Source of the DNA: Callorhinchus milii
Taxonomy: Eukaryota
NCBI RefSeq assembly: GCF_018977255.1
Contig: NW_024704742.1
Location: forward strand, 116,562,001-116,626,000
DNA: 64,000 nt
Reading direction: 5' to 3'
Position 1 is the first letter of the stretch. The number at the start of each line of letters is the position of its first letter. The position numbers and the translations under genes are program-made. Shown here piece after piece: positions 26,501-34,300 of the stretch. The notes below the pieces were generated by a model. It was not told the DNA's origin and searched no databases. It was given only the letters and a program-made list of their open reading frames with translations.

Positions 26501-28829
26501 GAGGCAATATAGGCTTGGTAGCTCAATCTTAAGGGGGTGAACGTACAGAGAGATCTGGGCGTTCAAGTAAGCGATTCATTGAAGGTGGCAGAGCAGGTAG
26601 ATAGGGCAGTAAAAAGGGCATTTGGTGTACTGAGCTTCATTAGTAGGGGCATAGAGTATAAGAGTAGGGAGGTTATGGTTAATCTGTACAAAACACTGGT
26701 TAGGCCTCAGCTGGAGTACTGCGTCCAGTTCTGGGCACCTTACCTCAGGAAGGATATTAAGGCACTGGAAAGGGTGCAGAGGAGATTCACGAGAATGATA
26801 CCAGGAATGGGGAACCTTAGCTATGAGGACAGGCTGGAAAAGTTAGGACTTTTCCCATTAGAGCAGAGAAGGTTACGCGGGACCTGATAGAGGTCTTCAA
26901 GATCATGAAAGGTTTCGACAGGCTAGATAAGGAAAAGCTGTTTCCGCTGATAGGTGTGTCTGTGACCCGTGGTCACAGTCTTAAGATATCTACCAAAAGA
27001 AGCAGAGGGAAGGTTAGAAATTTTTTTTTCACTCAGCGAGATGTTCGAATTTGTAATGATCTGCCTGAAAGGGTAGTGAAGTCCGATTCGATAACAGCTT
27101 TTAAGAGAGAACTGGATAGGTATCTGGAGAAGACAGGTTTGCAGGGTTATGGGGAGAAAGCTGGTGAGTGGGGTTAATAAAAGTCAGTTGCTCTGTCAAA
27201 GAGCCGGCACAGACTCGATGGGCTGAATGGCCTCCTTCTGTGCCGTAACATTCTATGATTCTATGATAATATTGTTATATCACAATACTGTGTTTGTGAA
27301 GAACAAGTCACAAGTATATAAATGCTCAAGCAAAGCGAGAAGTGTTTCCACCTTTCCACCAGTCACAGAATGATAGAAACATTTAATTTATCCCATCAGG
27401 CCTGTGTTGCTGTTTTTCATTATATGAGCCACCTCGTCTAATCCCACTCACTTGCTCACTCCCCACCACCTTTAATATTCTTCCTTTTCAAGTGGTAAAG
27501 ATTGGTATTGCTACTCACTGTTTTTCTCTATGACACAATTGCACACAACACGGGACATGGTGCAAGGAAAAGCATCTATCACTAAGCAAGGTATTGGGTT
27601 GATTTTAAATGCTGAACTGTGATCACTGTAGGAGCCCATACTTACTTCGAGATGTCTGGATTAATAATGGTGCGTAAAGACTTAACGTCACCTGCAAAAC
27701 AATGGGAGTTAGAATTTATATTCCTATATGAAGACACGACAATGATTGTATATGCTCAGCGAATAATCAAAAACACTTTTAAAAGAGTTGCAACAAAACA
27801 TAGATTTGATATAGAAGCTTATTACGACAAATCATCTTTAAGTACTTCAAATGAGGAGTAATTTAGGAGCTTAGTGACTGTTATGCTTGATGGATCTGCT
27901 ACCAATTGTGATTCACTTCTCCAACACGCCCTTTGTGGTTATATTAATACGGGCAAATGCAGGTCCTAATCAGTGCTACTAATTATCAAACTAATTCTGC
28001 TTTAGTTTACCTGGATGAGAGCTGTACCTTCTTTCACCTTGCACATTCCTTCTATTGTTACATGCAATCCTGAGCTGCCAGCATGAAGGATACTGAAAAT
28101 GCACAACAACCAGTTAATCCAACAGGTCCCGGGACAAACAGTGACCATTTTTTTCCATTTGCAGACTTTTGAAACATTCTATGCTATCTCGACAATCTCA
28201 AGTTAACATATAAAATACAATCTGTTGCAATGTTCTAGCAGTTTGCAATAAATTCTAGTGCATAATGTCCACCTTTTGGGAAATGCTATTGTGAAAAGTG
28301 CAATGAGATTCTAATCACAAAAAAATTAATGGGAGTTTGAAAAAGATTTATTTATATTGAAATTGGCTGGAATATGGATTTCGCTGCTGCAAAGTTCCAT
28401 AGATTTTTTTTAAATGGTGATAAGGATGTGCAAAAAAGAGGATTAGATTGGGTGGAGAAAAACATGAACACGATCTTGATAAATTCACTACTTGTGGCAC
28501 AAACGAACACCACAGTTTTCAGAAAAAAAAATACCATTGAAAATGTTACTGACAAAACTGGAGGGTGAGACACATGCCGGGTTGAACCACTGAGTTTTTT
28601 TCATGTAAATTACCAAGTCTCATTGTTTAAATATTAAATTAAGAAAATTTAATTCGTTGGCCAACAATAACAGTTAAAGCAGCAACCATAAAGGTTGGCC
28701 ATCACTGTTTTAACTCTTAATATACATTCTTGCCAAAGGACATATCTATTTCAATGTTAATCTTACCACATAGCGCAGTTTGGACGAGTGAGTCACAACT
28801 CGTGGCAGCCCTGTCACAAAGAGCATCAT
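5405..28829 (-). CDS. GFM2: GFM2, ribosome-releasing factor 2 mitochondrial (EF-G2mt), complete spliced CDS, 20 coding exons, 2331 nt / 776 aa
   Basis: complement join 28767-28829, 28011-28092, 27646-27691, 25406-25503, 24497-24622, 23234-23322, 21754-21842, 20650-20710, 19595-19780, 15956-16036, 15080-15228, 13559-13699, 12558-12657, 11542-11731, 10387-10463, 9270-9408, 8422-8607, 7651-7766, 6098-6280, 5405-5533. All introns GT-AG and phases consistent. Translational GTPase motifs [29 protein letters not shown], plus GMGELH. Head-to-head with NSA2 as in other vertebrates. Confidence 0.96.
6098..6280 (-). CDS. GFM2: GFM2 coding exon 19 ([20 protein letters not shown]...VPLAEMM)
   Basis: domain V LEP / RRG / VPLAEM. 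Confidence 0.96.
7651..7766 (-). CDS. GFM2: GFM2 coding exon 18 ([15 protein letters not shown]...ACVSRCLQK)
   Basis: domain IV GPL motif. Confidence 0.95.
8422..8607 (-). CDS. GFM2: GFM2 coding exon 17 ([13 protein letters not shown]...[12 protein letters not shown])
   Basis: domain IV; donor G|gtgcca is weak but phase fits. Confidence 0.92.
9270..9408 (-). CDS. GFM2: GFM2 coding exon 16 ([22 protein letters not shown]...PLQVAYRET)
   Basis: GMGELH and VAYRET motifs. Confidence 0.96.
10387..10463 (-). CDS. GFM2: GFM2 coding exon 15 ([26 protein letters not shown])
   Basis: domain III EDPS motif. Confidence 0.96.
11085..11490 (-). mobile_element. ancient DeuSINE-type copy
   Basis: reverse complement of the 2215-2590 family (catccacctgaacaagcagacggg..gtttaatatctcatcc). 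Confidence 0.7.
11542..11731 (-). CDS. GFM2: GFM2 coding exon 14 (TATGDTIV...[18 protein letters not shown])
   Basis: TGDT and PEPV motifs; aag acceptor. Confidence 0.95.
12558..12657 (-). CDS. GFM2: GFM2 coding exon 13 ([33 protein letters not shown])
   Basis: domain II, ORF 12483-12668. Confidence 0.96.
13559..13699 (-). CDS. GFM2: GFM2 coding exon 12 ([31 protein letters not shown])
   Basis: domain II ALAFK / RIYSG. Confidence 0.96.
15080..15228 (-). CDS. GFM2: GFM2 coding exon 11 ([42 protein letters not shown])
   Basis: G5 GSALKNKG and YLPSP motifs. Confidence 0.96.
15956..16036 (-). CDS. GFM2: GFM2 coding exon 10 ([27 protein letters not shown])
   Basis: EF-G motif VADLDDEF, canonical sites. 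Confidence 0.95.
17715..18180 (+). mobile_element. degenerate CR1 3' fragment
   Basis: homologous to 26755-27260 (aaggtgcagaggagattca ... agcttttaag..gaattagata). Confidence 0.8.
18260..18696 (+). mobile_element. L2 3' fragment (young family)
   Basis: near-identical to ~48790-49310, (TTG)n tail. Confidence 0.92.
19595..19780 (-). CDS. GFM2: GFM2 coding exon 9 ([16 protein letters not shown]...ARYALIEQ)
   Basis: EF-G G-prime insert, ORF 19583-19786. Confidence 0.95.
20650..20710 (-). CDS. GFM2: GFM2 coding exon 8 ([20 protein letters not shown])
   Basis: ttccag acceptor, CAG|gtaacc donor, phase fits. Confidence 0.93.
21754..21842 (-). CDS. GFM2: GFM2 coding exon 7 ([29 protein letters not shown])
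   Basis: G4 NKMD motif. Confidence 0.96.
22121..22443 (-). mobile_element. full-length copy of the same SINE
   Basis: near-identical reverse complement of 31686-32012. Confidence 0.9.
23234..23322 (-). CDS. GFM2: GFM2 coding exon 6 ([30 protein letters not shown])
   Basis: switch II motif, AG/GT sites. Confidence 0.97.
23718..23990 (+). mobile_element. diverged copy of the same SINE
   Basis: tcctgtagctcagtggttagagcactcgc head and same body; further partial copies at ~1095-1395, 8165-8260, 8700-8900, 22945-23100, 56778-56950, 57275-57383, 59965-60125, 60481-60610, 63830-63950. Confidence 0.85.
24497..24622 (-). CDS. GFM2: GFM2 coding exon 5 ([42 protein letters not shown])
   Basis: switch I RGITI and start of G3. 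Confidence 0.97.
25406..25503 (-). CDS. GFM2: GFM2 coding exon 4 ([32 protein letters not shown]), G1/P-loop
   Basis: EF-G family P-loop, canonical splice sites. Confidence 0.97.
25908..27266 (+). mobile_element. 5'-truncated CR1 LINE (RT domain and 3' end), frameshifted
   Basis: ORFs 25920-26540 ([36 protein letters not shown]), 26537-26887 and 26905-27177; ends in (ATTCTATG)2. Confidence 0.95.
27646..27691 (-). CDS. GFM2: GFM2 coding exon 3 ([15 protein letters not shown])
   Basis: ttgcag acceptor, gtaagt donor; resembles the segment before the G1 box. Confidence 0.88.
28011..28092 (-). CDS. GFM2: GFM2 coding exon 2 ([11 protein letters not shown]...RRYSSHP)
   Basis: attttcag acceptor, G|gtaaac donor, open frame, Arg-rich. 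Confidence 0.75.
28767..28829 (-). CDS. GFM2: GFM2 coding exon 1 ([21 protein letters not shown]), probable mitochondrial presequence; full exon 28767-28863
   Basis: AAGATGATG start, GTG|gtaaga donor, ttacag acceptor at 28864-28865; phase fits next exon. Confidence 0.75.
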
Positions 28830-29104
28830 CTTCTTTTTCTTATCAAATTCTTTGCATAAAAATCTGTAAGTCATAATACACGCAACATCAAATGTGTACT
28901 CAAACAGTCACCACTTTACATATTACAGCACTAACTATTTTTTGTACACTAAAAACATGCCACTGCCAATTGCACAGTAGATAATATACATTGCTTCATT
29001 TGGGACGGAGTCATCATAAGTTATATACTATTAATTCTTACAGTATGAATAACTAATCATGTGTTCATAAATTAATTTGGATGAGGGAGGTTATATAAGG
29101 TGTC

Positions 29105-29308
29105 ACAAAAACAGAAGTCGCTGAGAACACTCAGCAGGTCAGGCAGCATCTATGCAGAAAGTGATCAATGTTTTGGGTCCACGACCCTTCGTCAAAACTC
29201 AGAACCTAGTTCTGACGAAGGGTCGTGGACCGGAAACGTTGACCTATTTTCCTTTCTCCATAGATGTTGCCTGACCTGCTGAGTGTTCCCAGCGATTTCT
29301 GTTTCTGC
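29105..29308. repeat. ~200-bp imperfect palindrome made of two inverted Penelope-like termini
   Basis: arms aacactcagcaggtcaggcagcatctatg / catagatgttgcctgacctgctgagtgtt; both match 57384-57492. Confidence 0.88.
29208..29244 (+). ncRNA. minimal hammerhead ribozyme-like motif (Penelope type)
   Basis: agtt CTGACGA a gggtc-gtg-gacc g GAAA cgtt gacc; palindromic AACGTT at stem III. Confidence 0.55.
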
Positions 29309-29885
29309 TTCAGATTTTTTTCTTTAGTGTCAGCCTGGCTCATCTCTGCATTAGATGGTTGTAGAATCAAGCTTCACATCAGGAACTGAGCTCATAGCCT
29401 AGGCTGATATTCCCGGTGGAGTGCTGCATTGCCAAGACATACTGCCCTTCAAAATCAAAGTTAAACTGATGTTGGAACTCCTTGCCTCAATCCCTCCACC
29501 TCACTCACTCTTTAATCTATATTCAAATCCCTCCTCAAGACTTACCTTCAACTGTGCCTATAGTCACCTCCCCTCTCCCTTTTGTCTAATCCCATCACTA
29601 CAACACGGTACAGATGATATCCTGTATGAAAGACGTTGTATATAAAAGCAAGTTTTTATTGTTTTGCCTGCCATTCCAAGCGGATGTTAAAGATCGAGTG
29701 ACACTGTTTAAAGTCAGAAATAAGTTCCTCCAAGTGACCTGGGGAACAATCCTCCAAATAAACCAGTCACTTCATGGCTGTTTAAGCACTGTAAGATGCT
29801 ACCCTGCATGGAGGGTGCTATATAAGTGCAAGTTGTTGTTGCTCGTGGGACCACGTTGTGCGCAAATTGTTAGCCTACAAGAAGT

Positions 29886-30772
29886 TATATAACAATATTT
29901 GTATAGGGCTTTCATGTTGCGAGGACGTCCCAAGGCGCTGGACAGTCAGTGTTTTAGACCCGAGCTGGGGGAAGGAGGGTGATCAAAAGCATGGTCGAAG
30001 AGGATGGTCTTGAGATGGGCCATGAAGGAGCAAGGGAGGGGGCGTGTTGGAGGGACTGCGGGATGGAGTTCCAGAGGATGGGGGAAGAGTGGCAGAAGGG
30101 CCGCCCACCAATGGTGGGGCGGGCGAGACGGGAGACGTGAAGCAGCCGGAGCCCATTGATCGGAGGGAGCGAGCAGGATGGTAGAGGGTTAGGAAGGTGC
30201 AGAGGTAGGGGGGAGCAAGACCATGGAAGGCTTTGAAGGTGAGGACCAGGATCTTGAACTGTATCCTCTGTGTGATGGGAAGCCAGTGGAGGCGGGCGAG
30301 GATGGGGGTGATAGGGTCGCAGAGTCTGGTGCGGGAGAGGACACGGGCTGCAGAGTTCTGGATGATCTGCAGCCTGTGGAGGGAGGAGTTGGGGAGGCCG
30401 ACAAGCAATGAGTTTGCATAGTCGAGCCTCGATGTCATGAATGCGTGTATGAGAGTTTCGACAGCCTGCGGTGCGAGACAGTGGCGGAGACCCGGGCGAT
30501 GTTGCGGAGGTGGGGGAGGGCAGAGCGGGTCATGGCACGGGTGCGGGTCAGAAAGGATAGTTGAGGCTCAACCAAGATGCCAATCCGGAGAGCCTCGATC
30601 TTGTTGACCTTCATCGGTAGACAATTTGCTCATCCAGGACTTGCTGTCTGACAGACAGTCTGTCAGGAGTGGTCCTGGAGTTGAGGGGGAGCCGGAGAGG
30701 GAGAGTTGGGTGGTATCCGCACACCTGTGGAAGTTGACCCCATGTCTGTGGATGACGTCACCAAGAGGGGAG
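29886..30772 (-). mobile_element. older L2 fragment in GFM2 intron 1
   Basis: ORF 29983-30438 SRLDYANSLLVGLP...LHWLPITQRIQFKILVLTFKA. Confidence 0.9.
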
Positions 30773-31083
30773 CACAGCGATGTTGGAAGACATCTGTACA
30801 GTCACTACACGGGAGAGACATTCTCTGTGAAGCTCTTTGAAGACCTTCTAATGTGACAGAAGCGACAGCAAACACAGCATTTAACATCTCCATCATAATA
30901 CTGACCAGGAAAGCTCCTGCACCCCCCGCCGGAGCCTGAGCCTCAGGGCCTCTGTTCCCCGCCCTGACCTTCCGATCCACACAGATGTCCCCCAGTGAAG
31001 AGCACAGTCTTCGCGTCTCTCCATTAAGGTCACATCCAGGACTGCAGGAGCCTTGGAGACGGGCAGTCCTCCTGCTCATTCAC

Positions 31084-31170
31084 CCCCCCCGCCGGAGCAG
31101 CGGCGCCTGTCTGAGTCCCCTCTTGCCTCTTCGCTACCTCCTTGGCGCGGGTACCCTCTTGTCCCAGTCG
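31084..31170 (-). other. GFM2: putative non-coding first exon of GFM2 (5' end approximate)
   Basis: G|gtgaat donor at 31082-31083 inside the CpG-rich promoter; the ATG-bearing exon has its own acceptor, so an upstream exon is required. Confidence 0.5.
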
Positions 31171-31310
31171 CGCGCTCCTTGGTTTCTTTCCGCCCAATAT
31201 GGCGGCGTGTCTCTGAGAGGAACAACCGAGCGGCGGACACGGACACCCCCCCACCACCCCGACCTCAGCCCGCGTCAGCCCCAGCCTGAGAGCCACACAC
31301 AGCCGCCGTC

Positions 31311-31313
31311 ATG
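31311..31313 (+). CDS. NSA2: NSA2 exon 1 coding part (ATG only)
   Basis: gccgccgtcATG|gtgagt; next exon begins PQNEY in phase 0. Confidence 0.88.
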
Positions 31314-34300
31314 GTGAGTGAGTGAGTGAGTGAGTGAGGAAGGGGGTCGGTCAGTCAGTCAGTCAGGCCCGCGGCCCAGGCTCAGCTGTGGGAGGAAGCC
31401 CGGCCCTGTGGGCTCGAGCTGGGCCCCGAGGGGCAGCGATGATAATAACCGTTATATTACATTCTGTGTGACATAGAACCTCACCCACGTCTTCCAGACG
31501 AGTCCAAGCGCTTTTACAGGATTTACCCCGGGAGTGGGGGAGTGGAGGGGGTGTCCATATTTTTGTGAACCAAATCCGGGGGCACGTGTGTGTGTGTGTG
31601 TGTGTGTGAAAACAAAATGGAGCTGAAGCTCCCCACAATCCCTGAGGCTGTCAGGTACTGTGCTGGGGAAGCTTGGTGGGCTAATGGAGTCCTGTAGCTC
31701 AGTTGTTAGAGCACTCGCTTTGCAAGTGAGAGACCTGAGTTCAATTCCAGGCAGGTCAGGGCGAAACCTTGGGCAAGTTTCCTTACTCCACACAGAGCCT
31801 AATAATAATCCCTCCAAAACAAAACAATAATAAATTGGTCATTTTCAATCTACGACTGTTTGTGGGACATTGCTGTGCGCAATTGGCTGCCGCGTTCGCC
31901 CACAAATATACAGTCAATTCACTTTACAGTGTGTTCTGTGAAGCGCTTTGGGACGTCCTCCTGACGTGAAAAGCGCTATATCAAATGCAAGGATTATTAT
32001 TATTATTATTATAATGGCCGTGTTTCTCTGACGAGTGTCTCTGTTTTCGAGTTGAATTGTTCTGGCTCAGTCTGTTGCTGAACTCAACACAAATTATTCT
32101 TAAAAAATACTTCACAGTGTGTTCTGTGAAGCGCTTTGGGACGTCCTCCCAACGTGAAAAGCGCTTTATCAAATGCAAGGATTATAATTATTATTATTAT
32201 TATTAACACAGGGCGAATTTGGCCCCAGGGACACAATACCTCATCTGGGCACTGTCCCCAGAAACCAGACACCCCACTAAAGTGCACTCACTGTGTTTCG
32301 TAAACTATTGCGACAGTCGGTCTGTGCACCGCAAGGTCCCACACCCACAAAACGGTGTGGGGGATTGTTGGCCAGGACACTGGTGGAAACTCCCTTCTCT
32401 TTCCAATAGTGCCATAGGATCTTTAACATCCACCAGAACAAACAGGTGGTAGGTAGGCTCATTGTGGAGTGAGTGAGGCTCTGTACAAAGCTATATATAT
32501 ATATATACATATCACAAGGTTTTATAAGCCAATCATGCTTATTTCATACTCTTTTAGTCGTTCAACTTCAAATGATCAGCTAATTTCTTTTAAAGAGTTC
32601 GTTAGTGAGTAGCCCCAATTTCTCTTTTTGCCTTTTGGTAATTTTGCTCGGTTTTTGAATTCAGTTTTTAACTCTGATCTTTGTTTTTTTTAATTTGACT
32701 AAATTTTTGTGTTGAAATAGTCCTTAAACATGGTCCTTGCATTAGCAGCTGCAATGTGAATTAGTGTTGTGCAAATTGGAAACTGGGTGCAAAGTAAGCA
32801 TTTAGCCTTATGTTATACTTGTATTCAAATTGAAATGTAAATTTCTTTCTCACTTCCATAATCATTCAGGATGGTAACCTGTAGAGGTCTGTATTTCTAC
32901 AAAAGATCAGTCAATCAGGTCTACGTAGTTCAAAGGAAATGTGTACAAGTAGATAAATAAGTGAGTAATATTCAATATAACTTGCTGTTCCAAATTTGAA
33001 CTGTTATTACAACTATATTTCCTGCAAAATAAAACCATGAATATTGTAAAACTCAATCTTTAACATAAGAAATGTACTGAAATGCATTTGTGTTTTTTTT
33101 ACAGCCACAGAACGAATATATTGAGTTACATCGTAAGCGATATGGTTATCGTTTGGACTACCATGAGAAGAAGAGGAAGAAGGAGAGCCGTGAGGCGCAT
33201 GAACGCTCACATAAGGCCAAGAAAATGATTGGTCTGAAGGCCAAACTCTACCATAAACAGCGTCATGCAGAAAAAATACAGATGAAGAAGACGTGAGTGT
33301 TAATCTAAACCATGTACCTTTAGGACATCTTTCTGACTATTTAGGAATCAGAAGAGCAAACCTGCGGAGAAATCCCTGTGCCTGTCTTATACAGGCTGTG
33401 CACTAAGTGCCCTCTTTACATATAATGGTGCATGTAGTTGTCTTACCAACAAATCAGTGCCTCACATCAGTATACATGAAAATGGCACTGTTGAATCCAG
33501 TTGACAACATTTCTGTGACAAATCAGTTACTGAAAATATGGTAGAAACGTATAACAATACGGTATAAGAAACTTCATTATAACATTGGTATGCTTGTAGC
33601 AGAATGGAATGTGGACCCTGACATTTACTTACCAAAAAATCCATAAAGCTCCCCTTTTTAGTGTGCAAAAAACCAGCCAGTGTTTTAAAGGCAGCTGGCT
33701 TTCTCTGTATTGACCAACAATCATGTACCTTGTAACACTGTTTGGGATTTTAAGGATCCCTAACTATCATGTTATAATGGGCTCAATTGTATTTGCGTAT
33801 ACCAGCTACTTTTGATCACGTCATATTTTTGGAAATGAGAACTTGTATCATTTTAAAATCTCCCTGTTCTAATATTGTGAGGATTTCCTTTCCTAACTGA
33901 AGAGTCTAAATGTTTGAAGATTGCGTGGGCTTCAAATATAAATACAGCAGAGACTTGTTTTCATTAAGCTAAGGTCTGTACTAGAAAATGTATGACAAGA
34001 AATTCAGTTGGGCTAACGCTTCATTGTACGTTGTAAGACTGAAGTGTTTATAAAAGTAGCTTGTAGCACCTAATAACTTAGAAATAGATATTAGAAATAA
34101 TGTGAATCTGCAGCAACCTATTAATCACTGCTTACACTGGCCTTTTGTTGAGGTAGGAATAAGCAACAAATTTATGGCTCAAGGCATGACCGAATTCTGT
34201 GTTAGCTTCTTGCTATAGTTAATACAGTCAGACATCATGCTACAGTATGCTCACTCTAAACATCTATAATGCCATGTCCTGCCATAGCACAGTTGGCAGA

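Larger units (their letters stand above)
30940..31440. promoter_or_regulatory. CpG-rich bidirectional promoter shared by GFM2 and NSA2
   Basis: Local GC/CpG enrichment; YY1-type motif aatATGGCGGC at 31196-31206; pyrimidine TCT-like stretch tttctttcc at 31183-31191; no TATA box seen. Confidence 0.8.

Noticed and set aside
26075..26566. 163-aa ORF on - strand
   Set aside because: Antisense shadow of the CR1 RT ORF
30663..31317. Several overlapping ORFs of 78-138 aa
   Set aside because: Stop-poor GC-rich promoter plus L2 sequence; no recognisable protein
31686..31760. tRNA-Ala(UGC)-like sequence
   Set aside because: No acceptor stem; it continues into a SINE body present in many copies
33105..33110. 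Alternative acceptor 6 nt into NSA2 exon 2 (acag|ccacag|)
   Set aside because: Would delete the conserved PQ; no evidence of use
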